A stretch of DNA of 64,000 nucleotides from Leptospiraceae bacterium (GCA_040217195.1 JAVJNR010000005.1:256001-320000), one strand, 5' to 3'; counted from the stretch's first letter, positions 19,526 to 29,986 are shown. Numbers and translations are program-made. Notes: a model not told the origin generated them from the letters alone.

Positions 19526-20591
19526 AGTATTCTTTGCTATCCTGAAAATTCTTCTGGATCCGAAAACCAGACCGCATTGCCAGATTATTGAGATCTTCAA
19601 AAGTGTACTTCTGGCTGGTTTCTGTCTGAATGGCTTCAAAAGATCCGAATTCGAAGCTGTGGTGTAGCCCGCTCGAATCCTTGATCTGGAAAGACTGCGG
19701 GATTCGAGATATAAGGAAGCTCTCCATTGCACGATTTCGAGGATTAAAGGCTGCATGGTGCAGGAAGTTTTCCGGATCGATATTAGCCTGTAACTCCCGG
19801 TTCATCCTTCGAAGAAGGTTTAAATTGAACTCCGCAGTAACTCCCCTGGAGTCACTGTAGGCAGGGATCAAGACCGAAGGATCCTTTACCATATCGAATC
19901 CGATAAGCAGTAGATCCCCCTTCCCGAGACTCATCCGAATTCTTCTGAGAAAGTCTGCGGCCTGATCCATGGAAAAATTTCCAATACTGGAACCCAGAAA
20001 GAGCACCACATGCCGGTCTTCGCGGCCGGACAGGTATTGAAGCCCCGCTTCGTAATCCCCAACCAGACCGTGAAAGTTCAGATCCAGGCTGTTTAAGTTC
20101 TGCCGTAAAGGAGGCATGATTCCTCTTGAAATGTCCACCGGATAATAACGAAACCTGGAACCGGCACCCAGCAGTGCTTCCAGAAGGTGATAGCTCTTAT
20201 GACCATCCCCGGGCCCGAGCTCTATAAGCCCAAAATCATTTCCAAGGTACTCAGCAATGAGCCCACTATTCGATGAAAGTATCTCCCTTTCGCAGGCTGC
20301 AGGATAGTATTCCGGAAGTTCAGTGATCTTCTGGAACAGTTCGCTTCCTTCATCGTCATAGAAGTAACGGGAAGGCAGAGTTCGCGGATTCGATTCCAGG
20401 CCTTTTACTACGTCGCGATAGAAACTCTGAGATACGGACAACTCATTGGAATGATCCTGCAATTCCTGAATCGTGGCGGCTGCTCGACTACCAGTAGGAT
20501 TGAAGCCTCCAGGTGCTGGCTCTGTAAACACTCTGGTTTCTGTGGCCGTGTCTGACTCACTGTGCATTGGATTGCTGGCTTGCGTTCCCAT
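19491..20591 (-). CDS. egtD: L-histidine N-alpha-methyltransferase
   Basis: LPSRYFYDDEGSELF..ITELPEYY, ELGPG, FLGSSIGN and AYSDSRGVTAEFNLN; ATG overlaps the egtB TGA. Confidence 0.93.
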   Translation of the reverse strand: MGTQASNPMHSESDTATETRVFTEPAPGGFNPTGSRAAATIQELQDHSNELSVSQSFYRDVVKGLESNPRTLPSRYFYDDEGSELFQKITELPEYYPAACEREILSSNSGLIAEYLGNDFGLIELGPGDGHKSYHLLEALLGAGSRFRYYPVDISRGIMPPLRQNLNSLDLNFHGLVGDYEAGLQYLSGREDRHVVLFLGSSIGNFSMDQAADFLRRIRMSLGKGDLLLIGFDMVKDPSVLIPAYSDSRGVTAEFNLNLLRRMNRELQANIDPENFLHHAAFNPRNRAMESFLISRIPQSFQIKDSSGLHHSFEFGSFEAIQTETSQKYTFEDLNNLAMRSGFRIQKNFQDSKEYFTDSLWIADAL

Positions 20592-22048
20592 CAGGCATCC
20601 TCCGCAAGTCTCAACCCGCTCATCTGCCATACACTGCTGGCAGGATAGAAATTACGATAAGTGATCCTGCTGTGTTGCAACGGCGTCAGATCGCAGGCGC
20701 CGCGAAGTACCATCTGATCCATCATGAATTTTCCATTGTATTCGCCCACAGCTCCGGCGGCAGGCTTGAACCCGGGATAAGGACGATAGGCGGAAGCTGT
20801 CCATTCCCAGACTCTTCCCCGGTGAAACGGAAAGCCTTTCAAAGCAGCCAGACGAGCAGCCAGCTCCCATTCCGCTTCCGTGGGTAATCGTTTACCTGCG
20901 AAAGAGGAGTAGGCATCCGATTCATAGTAACTTAGATGCTGCACAGGCTCCGCTGGATCCAGGTCAACCCAGCCCTGCAATGACCATTGCTGCCAGGTAT
21001 CGCCCTTTTTTCTCCAGTAATAGGGATGGCTTTTCTCATTTTCCTGCACCCATTGCCAGCCCGCAGATAGCCAGTAACGAAAATCGTTGTAGCCTCCTGC
21101 TTCCAGGAACTCCAGAAAATCCCCGTTGCTCACAGGTTCAGATGCGATCCAGAAGGGAACCTGATAAACTGGATGCTCCGGAAATTCATTATCGTAACCA
21201 AAGCCATCTTTTCCGTGTCCCAGCAAGGCGGGCCCGCCATGATCAAATAGGATTCCATTGTTACGCAAGAAGGCGGACTCAAAAAAGGGCTTCAATAGAT
21301 CCTTCTCCATTTCGCTATTTCCGGCAAGAAATGGCATTCTGGTATGATACATAGTAGGATCGTTCTTTTCCATGAGCCAGCTTACACCCGATGTAGATAG
21401 ATTACCCAGAAGTTCGGAAGGATCTACACCATAGATTGGATAAAGCGGATGACAAAAGAAGTTATGTTTAATGTCCATGAGAAGCAATTCCTGGTGCTGC
21501 TTTTCATGGTGAATTCCTAGCTCAATGAGAGCCAGCACCGACTTCAAGTGGGTGGGCTCCGTTGCTGAACTGGAAGACTCGGATTGTTCAGATGCAAAAC
21601 CACTCTGCGGGCCATCACCGGATCCCGTCTCTGAGGCATTTAATTCGCTGTGCGAATTGCTATTCTGTGCCAGATGTGATAATAGCTGCTCTATGGATTC
21701 ATCCACCGATTGGCGATAACGGTGCAGCTCGGCTACAGTGGGCCTGCCAAGCAATCCACGATTCGCTTTTTGAATTCTTTGTCCGGCGGATTCGTAATAG
21801 GAATTAAAAATGAATGCAAATCCCTCATCGAATGGCAGATAATCGGACTTAAATTCCTGCAGGATGAAAGTTTCAAAAAACCAGGTTGTATGCCCCAGAT
21901 GCCAGGAAGGAGGGCTTACATCCGGTGAACTTTGCACAACATGATCTTCGGTGGTTAAATGCTGGCAAATCTCCAGAGTTTTCTTTCGCGTTTCCAGATA
22001 CCAGTCCAGTAGCCACTGAACTGCTACCGAATTCGCTTCTAAAATCAT
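20591..22048 (-). CDS. egtB: Ergothioneine sulfoxide synthase
   Basis: DinB-like N-domain with WHLGHTTWFFE and HHEKQHQE iron ligands; FGE-like C-domain with RLPTEAEWE, EYNGKFM and TYRNFY. Confidence 0.93.
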   Translation of the reverse strand: MILEANSVAVQWLLDWYLETRKKTLEICQHLTTEDHVVQSSPDVSPPSWHLGHTTWFFETFILQEFKSDYLPFDEGFAFIFNSYYESAGQRIQKANRGLLGRPTVAELHRYRQSVDESIEQLLSHLAQNSNSHSELNASETGSGDGPQSGFASEQSESSSSATEPTHLKSVLALIELGIHHEKQHQELLLMDIKHNFFCHPLYPIYGVDPSELLGNLSTSGVSWLMEKNDPTMYHTRMPFLAGNSEMEKDLLKPFFESAFLRNNGILFDHGGPALLGHGKDGFGYDNEFPEHPVYQVPFWIASEPVSNGDFLEFLEAGGYNDFRYWLSAGWQWVQENEKSHPYYWRKKGDTWQQWSLQGWVDLDPAEPVQHLSYYESDAYSSFAGKRLPTEAEWELAARLAALKGFPFHRGRVWEWTASAYRPYPGFKPAAGAVGEYNGKFMMDQMVLRGACDLTPLQHSRITYRNFYPASSVWQMSGLRLAEDA

Positions 22049-25000
22049 ACTTTCTCCAGTGTAACCTTTATGGCATGACCGTCCAGATCCAGCTCAAGAC
22101 TATTCGTTCCATTGAGAGAATCCACAATGGTTGCCAGCGCTTCGCTCTGAATGTAGTCACTATGTTCCTGGATGGCACGTATCAAATCGGAATCCTGAGA
22201 ATCCAGATGCAGAGAAATCCTATCGGTCAACTCAAGTTGTGACTGCTTCCTGAGCTCCTGCACATTACGCACTAGATCACGGATCCAACCTTCGCGGATC
22301 AATTCTGGGCCGGGATTTGTATCCAGAGCCACCAGCATACCATCGCCTTCAACACCGGAAGTTCCTTCTTTCGAAACACTTTCGATTAGAAATTCATCTT
22401 CCGTAAAATCTTCTTTTCGATCCCCGAGGTCGATGGTTACACTTCCTTTCTTTAAATTGCGCGCCAGGGATTCCTGGTCGCAACTCTGAAGGTATGACTG
22501 GAGCTTTTTGATATCTGGTCCAAGCTTCTTTCCCAGAACCGGTAGATTTGGCCGCACTCTGTAGGAAAGAATGCCTGCAGAATCGTCCAGAAACTCCAAT
22601 TCCTTCACATTCAACTCTTCCAGCAGTACTTCCTCATTCTTTTTTAGAGGAGCTCTCCATTTTTCGGGACAGTGCAACATCAGCTTACCCAGCGGCTGCC
22701 TGACCTTTAAGCCGGATTGCTGCCGTGCGGATCTGCCCAGGGCTGCGGCCTGAAGAACAAGATTTCCCTCCTGCAGCACAGATTCATCGTATGTATTCTT
22801 CAGGTCCGCCTGTGGCCAGGGCAATAAATGAATACTTTCTGGTGCACCGGGTACAGCAGCAAATACACGAAGATAGAGCTCTTCGCTCAAGAATGGCACA
22901 AATGCACCAAGCATTTGCAGCATTCCCAGAATACATTGTAGCAGAGTTTCAAAAGCGGAGAATTTATCTGAATCCAGTTCGCCTTTCCAGAATCTGCGCC
23001 GATTTCGCCGGATATACCAGTTAGACAGTGAATCACAGAATTCTTCGATGGAGCGGCCCGCCTTCAGGCAATCATAGTTCTCCAGAGATTGTGTAACATC
23101 CTGTACCAGTCTTTGATAACTGGAAAGAATCCATCGGTCGATTTCCGGTCGATCTTTGAATGCAGGAGCGCCCGAAACCTCTACTGTGCCATCCTTTCGC
23201 AATGATGGCGCTATTCCATCCACCTTTGCGTACATGCGATAGAACTCCAGGGAATTCTCCAGCATGTTGAAAAATCCATTCACCTGACCTACAGTATCTT
23301 CATTGGTACCCGGATGACCTACACGACGAGAATTCCCCGGAGGAGCTCCGGTCAAGAAATACCATCGAATGGCATCTGCACTATGAATGTTGAACACATC
23401 TTCAGGCGATACTGTATTGCCCTTGCTTTTGGACATCTTTTCGCCCTTTGCATCCAGAACGTGGCCCAGACAGATAACGTTTTTGTAGGGAGCTTGCGAA
23501 GACACCATGGTGGAAATGGCAAGCATTGTATAGAACCAACCGCGGGTTTGATCCACCGCTTCGGTGATAAAATCAGCTGGAAAATATCGGGAAAACTGCT
23601 CTTCTCCGCGTACAGGGTAGCCCCATTGTGCGTAAGGCATGGCGCCTGAATCAAACCAGCAATCCATCACTTCTGGAACCCTGCGAAATACCTTACCGGA
23701 TTTCTCATCGGTCCAGGTGATTTCATCAATGTAAGGACGATGAAGATCTTCATTCTTTAACTTCTGGCCTGAAATCTTTTCCAGTTCAGCAACGGAGCCC
23801 ACGACAACAATCTCGCCTTCTCCGTCAGTCCAGATAGGAATTGGAGTTCCCCAGTATCGCTCCCTGGAGAGGGCCCAGTCCCGATTATTCTCCAGCCATT
23901 TTCCGAATCGGCCTTCCCTTACATGTTCCGGAACCCAGCGAATCGTCTGATTATTATCGATTAAATGCTGGCGCACCTCGGTAGTGCGAATATACCAGGC
24001 ATCCTTCGCATAGTACATAAGAGGAGCGCCAGTGCGCCATCCAAATGGATACTCATGTTGATACTTTTCAGATCTCCAGACCTTGCGATCTTTCTTTAGA
24101 TCTTTAATGATTTCCTTATCTGCATCCTTAAACATCTGATCTGCATAGGGTCCTCTGGAGAATTTTCCATCCAGTCCCACTGCAGAGATTACAGGCAGGT
24201 CATGCTTCTGCCCTACCTCCAGGTCATCTGCTCCGTATGCAGGAGCTATATGCACGATTCCTGTTCCAGTATCCATGGTAACGAAGTCTGCACCTACTGT
24301 GTAATGGCTCTTCTTGTCTGAATCCAGGGCGAAAGTAAATAGCGGTTCATAATCCAATCCCAGAAGTTCGCTGCCTTTGAAGGATTTTAATACTTTCGCC
24401 TGATCAGCACTATTTCGAAGAACATCGCTCATCAGTTCACGGGCACAGATGAACGTCTCTTTGAATAATTCCTCCTTCTCTTCTGCGGCTTGCGAAGATG
24501 TATCTTTCTTTCTGGATTTGCCTTTTTTCTCACCGCCAGTCTTCTTAGAAGACTGAGGAGCCATACCATGGGCAGGCACTTCCAATTCGAAAAGTACATA
24601 CTCGCTTTCAGGATGCAAAGCCAGGGCAACGTTGGAAGGCAGAGTCCAGGGAGTGGTTGTCCAGACCAGGAAGGAAGCGTCCCCAAAATCCTTTTTGAAT
24701 TTCTTATCGGTAATCGTGAAGCGGACCGTAAAGGAAGGATCCTCTACAGTTTTATATCCCAGGGCTACTTCTGCATCGCTCATGGTTGCACCCATGACTG
24801 GATCGAAAGGAACCACACGATAACCGGAATAGACCAGCCCCTTGTCGGAAATGGTTTTGAAAAGTCCCCAGACAGCTTCAATGTACTGATTATCCATTGT
24901 GCTGTATGGATCATCCAGATCGATCCAGAAGCCCAGACGTTCGGAAAAATCATTCCAGGCGCCTACATACTGCTGAACCGATTGGCGGCACAACGCATTG

Positions 25001-25347
25001 AACTTTTCCAGTCCTACATCGGTTTCTATTTCCGACTTTGCCTTAATGCCCAGCTGCTTTTCTACTTCACGCTCTACCGGCAACCCATGACAGTCCCAGC
25101 CAGCCTTGCGAGGAATATGAAATCCCTGAAGTCCACGAAATCGAATGTAGATATCTTTATAAACTCGGCTCAGTACATGATGAATTCCAGGTTTGCCATT
25201 GGCCGTCGGAGGCCCTTCGTAGAAACAAAACAGCGGGCCGGATTCATTCTTCTTTTTATGCTTCTGATAGATCTGGTTTTCTTTCCAGTAATCCAGAATC
25301 CGCAGCTCCGCCTGGGAGCGTTTAGAGGCTTTGGGGCTTTCGGACAT
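22045..25347 (-). CDS. ileS: Isoleucyl-tRNA synthetase, type 2 (IleRS2)
   Basis: EGPPTANG, GWDCHGLPVE, WTTTPWTLP, DQTRGWFY and KMSKS; long C-terminus without the IleRS1 zinc finger. Confidence 0.97.
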   Translation of the reverse strand: MSESPKASKRSQAELRILDYWKENQIYQKHKKKNESGPLFCFYEGPPTANGKPGIHHVLSRVYKDIYIRFRGLQGFHIPRKAGWDCHGLPVEREVEKQLGIKAKSEIETDVGLEKFNALCRQSVQQYVGAWNDFSERLGFWIDLDDPYSTMDNQYIEAVWGLFKTISDKGLVYSGYRVVPFDPVMGATMSDAEVALGYKTVEDPSFTVRFTITDKKFKKDFGDASFLVWTTTPWTLPSNVALALHPESEYVLFELEVPAHGMAPQSSKKTGGEKKGKSRKKDTSSQAAEEKEELFKETFICARELMSDVLRNSADQAKVLKSFKGSELLGLDYEPLFTFALDSDKKSHYTVGADFVTMDTGTGIVHIAPAYGADDLEVGQKHDLPVISAVGLDGKFSRGPYADQMFKDADKEIIKDLKKDRKVWRSEKYQHEYPFGWRTGAPLMYYAKDAWYIRTTEVRQHLIDNNQTIRWVPEHVREGRFGKWLENNRDWALSRERYWGTPIPIWTDGEGEIVVVGSVAELEKISGQKLKNEDLHRPYIDEITWTDEKSGKVFRRVPEVMDCWFDSGAMPYAQWGYPVRGEEQFSRYFPADFITEAVDQTRGWFYTMLAISTMVSSQAPYKNVICLGHVLDAKGEKMSKSKGNTVSPEDVFNIHSADAIRWYFLTGAPPGNSRRVGHPGTNEDTVGQVNGFFNMLENSLEFYRMYAKVDGIAPSLRKDGTVEVSGAPAFKDRPEIDRWILSSYQRLVQDVTQSLENYDCLKAGRSIEEFCDSLSNWYIRRNRRRFWKGELDSDKFSAFETLLQCILGMLQMLGAFVPFLSEELYLRVFAAVPGAPESIHLLPWPQADLKNTYDESVLQEGNLVLQAAALGRSARQQSGLKVRQPLGKLMLHCPEKWRAPLKKNEEVLLEELNVKELEFLDDSAGILSYRVRPNLPVLGKKLGPDIKKLQSYLQSCDQESLARNLKKGSVTIDLGDRKEDFTEDEFLIESVSKEGTSGVEGDGMLVALDTNPGPELIREGWIRDLVRNVQELRKQSQLELTDRISLHLDSQDSDLIRAIQEHSDYIQSEALATIVDSLNGTNSLELDLDGHAIKVTLEKV

Positions 25348-25377
25348 AAGCCAGAAATTTAGGGGGTGGCTGTGCTT

Positions 25378-26787
25378 TCAACGGAAGATTGTCCGGCCCG
25401 ATGTCCTGGAGCGTTCTGCCAGAAGGGCCATCCGGTGACCTTCTATTACTTGATGCAGTACAGAATCGGATTGTTGCAAACAGTCCTGTCTGGTCCCAGC
25501 ATCGGTCCGATCTGATCCAATGCAGTCCAGGACCTCCAGAAAATGAAAACAAAGGGCCCGGTCTTCTGCCAGATGGCCGGCCTGATCCACTTTCACAGAT
25601 ATTCTTTTACTTACATGGCTTCCATGCTTTCGCAGAACCAGGTCACCGCCCTGTCCGAATCGGCCTTCCAGGGTTCCTGCGGTACCTTCTATCCGAACAG
25701 TACGGGCCTCCTGGTAAGCGTTGCCATTTAATCGCATGATCGCGGTCACTCCATTCTTAAATGCAATTACCGTATCTGCGTGGTCAGGCTGATCTGAGTG
25801 AGCGGTATATACGCAGCGACCATAAGGACCATTTCGCAGGGCATCCAGCACCGACTCTGTGGTTACGGGACCCGACACAATGGTTGTGGTGGGCCAGTAA
25901 GGCCAGGGGTACAGTCTACCCAGAAATGGAATTCTGCGAAATAGTCGAGGCCAGGCCAGAGAGAAGCGGGCCACAATTGCCAGACCATTTCGCATGCGGG
26001 CCATTTCTCGTTTCAGTGGCAGTCCTTCCAGGTATGTGGTGCGAGCATGGTACAGACAGGAATCATGAGGGCAACCATCCAGACATCGCTGAGTAGCTCC
26101 TGCAGGCGCATTTTCGGGAAGAAAGGTGCGAAGCTCCCCGCTGCAGTGAACAGAAGTAAACTCACTGCTTGCGTACCAACCGATTAGATCAAAATCATGA
26201 CTACATTTTGCCAGAAGTACCGGGCTGCTCTTTTTGCTATGGGCCCAGTTACCTCGAACATAGGAGTGGGCAAAATGGAAATAACTGACATTTTCTGCAT
26301 GGAGGATGCTGCGAACCTCTCCAATGGTCCCCTCCTGAATCAGTCTTCGAATGGTGCCAAAAAATTGACTATATCGCAATACATGGCAGACTACTATAGC
26401 CGCTTCAATTTTCTTCTTGCGCAAATGATTTACATGACGCTGCATTTTATCCAGCTCTGCGATGGTCAATCCCACAGGCTTTTCCAGGAGCACGGAAATT
26501 CCTTTGCGGGAGAATTCCAGGGCGGGCCCGAGATGCTCCCTATCCGGAAGGGCCACAACTACAGCATCCAGGCTCAGCTCCTCCGATTTTTTTAGAAGCT
26601 CTTTCCAGTTGCTAAACTGGATAGCATCGGGCACAGAATCACTCAGATGCCGGGCACGCACCGGATCCTGATCCACAACGGCAACTATCTGGCCTCCTGC
26701 TTCGGAAAGAAATCGGGCATAAATTGATCCGCGGTCCCCTGCACCCAGTAGACCAATTCGAGCTGATTGCGCTGCCTTATTATTCAT
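25378..26787 (-). CDS. Gfo/Idh/MocA-family oxidoreductase
   Basis: GAGDRG Rossmann motif; LEKP, HVLRY, HSYVRGNW and KCSHD. Confidence 0.9.
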   Translation of the reverse strand: MNNKAAQSARIGLLGAGDRGSIYARFLSEAGGQIVAVVDQDPVRARHLSDSVPDAIQFSNWKELLKKSEELSLDAVVVALPDREHLGPALEFSRKGISVLLEKPVGLTIAELDKMQRHVNHLRKKKIEAAIVVCHVLRYSQFFGTIRRLIQEGTIGEVRSILHAENVSYFHFAHSYVRGNWAHSKKSSPVLLAKCSHDFDLIGWYASSEFTSVHCSGELRTFLPENAPAGATQRCLDGCPHDSCLYHARTTYLEGLPLKREMARMRNGLAIVARFSLAWPRLFRRIPFLGRLYPWPYWPTTTIVSGPVTTESVLDALRNGPYGRCVYTAHSDQPDHADTVIAFKNGVTAIMRLNGNAYQEARTVRIEGTAGTLEGRFGQGGDLVLRKHGSHVSKRISVKVDQAGHLAEDRALCFHFLEVLDCIGSDRTDAGTRQDCLQQSDSVLHQVIEGHRMALLAERSRTSGRTIFR

Positions 26788-27181
26788 TCAATATTCACCC
26801 TGGAGATCCTCTGAATCAAAAGGATTTCGCCGAGAATTCCTGACCACCTTTCAGAAAATCGCATTGCATATCAAAGATCGGTGCTGAAAAATGCAAGAGC
26901 ATTCAAGGTGGACTATCGCAGCTGTATTTTGTTCTCTTGAAAAGGTGGTATTTCAGCGCACTCCCCACCAGGGCAGCGGTCCATTGCATCGATGAGCAAA
27001 GACCTTTTTTATCCGCTCAATTCACAGGAAACCTTCAAAAATGGGCCAGAAAGGCAATTCTGGGCCCTCTTGACGGATCAATGGGCCGAGATCCACCGAA
27101 ACCTATTTGACCGCATGGTGCCACAGTAAAACAGTGATAGTAAATTCGTAAACTATTGCTTCAAAGAATTACAGGATTCCT

Positions 27182-29947
27182 ATGACCCAGCAGACAGCCA
27201 ATTCCGCGGAAACGCAAACAGATCCATTATATACCCGAGTCATTTCGCAGCTCAACGAAGAGAAACTGGCCAAAGACCTGACCCAGGTCCAATTGAGCCG
27301 AATCAAGCTACTGGAAGAGATCGCCACTGAACTCCCCTCTTCAAGCAGAGGGGCTGAAATACGAACTCTCCTGGAAGAGCACCTGAAAGAGAATGCTTTG
27401 TCGCTGGCTGCCCGCTACATTGTTGGAATCCAGGATTTAAACGAGGATCGAAAAACCGGAATTGAATACCTGGGCGATTTAATGCAGGAATTCCAGCGTG
27501 CCGCTCGATGGCCCATCGTTGACCATATCGCAGATCATGTACTTCATGTAGATGAAAACCACAGAACCGCACTGCGAGCCAAGGTGGAATCTACAGAGCG
27601 ACTTCGCGGAAAGAAGGAACTGAAGCCCTATCTGGAAAGACTTGCAACCATAGATAAGAATAACCCTGATATCGCGCGCAAATATGGAATGGCCATCCTG
27701 GAGGATGATCAGGAACGAGCGGTTGAGTATCTGAAAATGGCTGCCGAGTCCTATGTGCGTCAGAAGGACTACAACAGCCTGGAAGAAATCTGGCAAATTC
27801 TGGTGAGCAAAGCCTACCAGGATATTCCATTTTTCGAAAAGCTGGAAAGAATCCTTTCAGCCAACCGTGAAAAAACTCGGATTGCAGCCTACCTGGTAGG
27901 CCTGGTGGAACCTTTCCGTCAGGAAGAGGACTGGGACAACGTAATCCATATTTTAAAGAAGATACTACAATATGAGCCAAATTCTTCCAGGGCACGTTCC
28001 GATCTGGTCCGTGCCTATAGAAGCCGTTACGAAAACCACTCCCTGCTAAATGAATTTCTGAAGATGTCGGATCTCACCAATAACCGAAAGCCGGTGGCTT
28101 CGGCGGTGGCGAACTTCGAAAGAAACATCGTATTCGATACAGAAAACTATGTGTACCACCGGACTAGAGGTGTGGGCAAGATCACTGAAATCGATTCAGA
28201 AAACGTAATTATTGACTTTCGCGACAATCCAGGTCAGCGAATGAGTTTGCAGATGGCTATTTCCAGCCTCCTACCTCTGGAACCATCGCACATCTGGGTA
28301 CGCTACTACGAAAATCCAGAAGAAATGAAAATGATCTTTGAGGAAGATCCAATTCAGTTCTTTACCATTCTATTGAATTCCTATAATAAATCGATCACTC
28401 TATCTGAAATCAAATCAGAAATTGCAGGCAGATTCATTGAAGCCTCAGAGTGGTCCAAATGGTGGAGCCGCACGCGAACCAGACTGAAGAAAGATCCTAA
28501 CTTTGGATTCAATCCGAGAAAGAAGGATGAACTCCTATTGCGCGAAAAGGAAGTGACTCTGGCCGAAGAACAGGAAGAGAAATTTCTACATACTTCTGAC
28601 TGGAATCAGAAGCTGGAACTGGCCATGGATACCTTGAAAGATCCAGACACTCGCTCTGCAGCAGAAACCTGTAGCCATTTCTATCTGGAACAGGAAGCCA
28701 ATAAGGATCTGACCAAACGTCTACATTCCTATTTCTTTCTGGAAGCGGCCCGCGAAGCATTCCCGGACATGGAGCTTCCCAGGCAGATTAACAGAGACCT
28801 GGTCAAAGCAATCTTTGCTGAAGAAACGGAAAAGGCACTGGTAAAGCTTTCTGCTGATACACCTGTAACTGAATTCAAACGATCCATTGTGGACCTGGTA
28901 ATAGAAACCAGACCGGACGACTACCAGCAGATTCTTTCAAAGATTCTGTTCGAACTACCTATCAAGGTACATCGTTATATTATTGGTGAGCTAAATCGAC
29001 TGGCCCAGGTAGATACACTTAAAGATTTCGTAGAAAAGGTATTCCGTAAGTACCGTGAAAATCCGGAGATCTTTCTCTGGGTAGCTCGCTCCATTCTTTC
29101 CGGACAGTGGGTTTACCCCTGGATTCCTGCGAACAAAGAAGAAGTAATTCTGATGGTTTTCCGTCTATTGAAGCCCCTGGTTCGTATTGAAGCCAAAGGG
29201 ACGCGACTGAAGAACCAGGCCATTGAAACAATCTTTGGAACTACAAACATTACCGTGGACTCCATCAAAGCTGGCCACCTGCCCGAAATCGTTGAGCAGT
29301 CCGACAGCGGTGTTCTACGTAGAATGGCTGCTCTATTCCGAGAAGTTAGCTATGTTCCGGATGCACAGAAGGATAACTTTGAGCAGTATCTAGAGGAGCT
29401 TCGGCCTCGATACAAAGCCCAGTCTTCTGCAGAAGAGGAGTCCAGAGAAGAGGAGCAGCAGGATCTGCATCTCATTCCTGATGCAGATACGATTCTAGTC
29501 AGCCCCAAAGGCCTGGAAGATCGCAAAGCTTACCTGGATCAATTGATCAACGTAGAAATGCCGCAGAACTCCAAGGATATTGGTGAAGCTCAGGAAAAGG
29601 GAGACCTACGAGAGAACTCGGAATACAAGGCGGCCCTGGAACGCCAATCGCAGCTTCAGGCGGAAATCAAGAAAGTGGATCAGAGCCTGAAGAAAGCCCG
29701 TGTCATCGATCCAGGAAGCATCCGCGCAGATATAGTAACCATCGGTGCCAGAGTCACTGTAAAAAACAGCGAAGGCGAATCCACAGAGTATACAATTTTG
29801 AGTCCCTGGGAAGCAGACTCGGAAAAGAATGTAATCAGCTATATTTCGCCGCTGGGCAAAGTGCTCATTGGAAAGAAAGTGGGTGATAAAGCTCAGCTGG
29901 ACTCAGGGGCTGAATACGAAGTACAGAATATTGACCGGGGTATCTAG
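27182..29947 (+). CDS. greA: Transcription elongation factor GreA with ~750-aa N-terminal extension
   Basis: C-terminal GDLRENSEYKAA and ISYISPLGKVLIGKKVGD; helical-repeat N-terminus as in spirochaetes and chlamydiae. Confidence 0.92.
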   Translation: MTQQTANSAETQTDPLYTRVISQLNEEKLAKDLTQVQLSRIKLLEEIATELPSSSRGAEIRTLLEEHLKENALSLAARYIVGIQDLNEDRKTGIEYLGDLMQEFQRAARWPIVDHIADHVLHVDENHRTALRAKVESTERLRGKKELKPYLERLATIDKNNPDIARKYGMAILEDDQERAVEYLKMAAESYVRQKDYNSLEEIWQILVSKAYQDIPFFEKLERILSANREKTRIAAYLVGLVEPFRQEEDWDNVIHILKKILQYEPNSSRARSDLVRAYRSRYENHSLLNEFLKMSDLTNNRKPVASAVANFERNIVFDTENYVYHRTRGVGKITEIDSENVIIDFRDNPGQRMSLQMAISSLLPLEPSHIWVRYYENPEEMKMIFEEDPIQFFTILLNSYNKSITLSEIKSEIAGRFIEASEWSKWWSRTRTRLKKDPNFGFNPRKKDELLLREKEVTLAEEQEEKFLHTSDWNQKLELAMDTLKDPDTRSAAETCSHFYLEQEANKDLTKRLHSYFFLEAAREAFPDMELPRQINRDLVKAIFAEETEKALVKLSADTPVTEFKRSIVDLVIETRPDDYQQILSKILFELPIKVHRYIIGELNRLAQVDTLKDFVEKVFRKYRENPEIFLWVARSILSGQWVYPWIPANKEEVILMVFRLLKPLVRIEAKGTRLKNQAIETIFGTTNITVDSIKAGHLPEIVEQSDSGVLRRMAALFREVSYVPDAQKDNFEQYLEELRPRYKAQSSAEEESREEEQQDLHLIPDADTILVSPKGLEDRKAYLDQLINVEMPQNSKDIGEAQEKGDLRENSEYKAALERQSQLQAEIKKVDQSLKKARVIDPGSIRADIVTIGARVTVKNSEGESTEYTILSPWEADSEKNVISYISPLGKVLIGKKVGDKAQLDSGAEYEVQNIDRGI

Positions 29948-29986
29948 TAAATCCCGAACGGGCCAACCGGCTCGATGAGAAATCTC

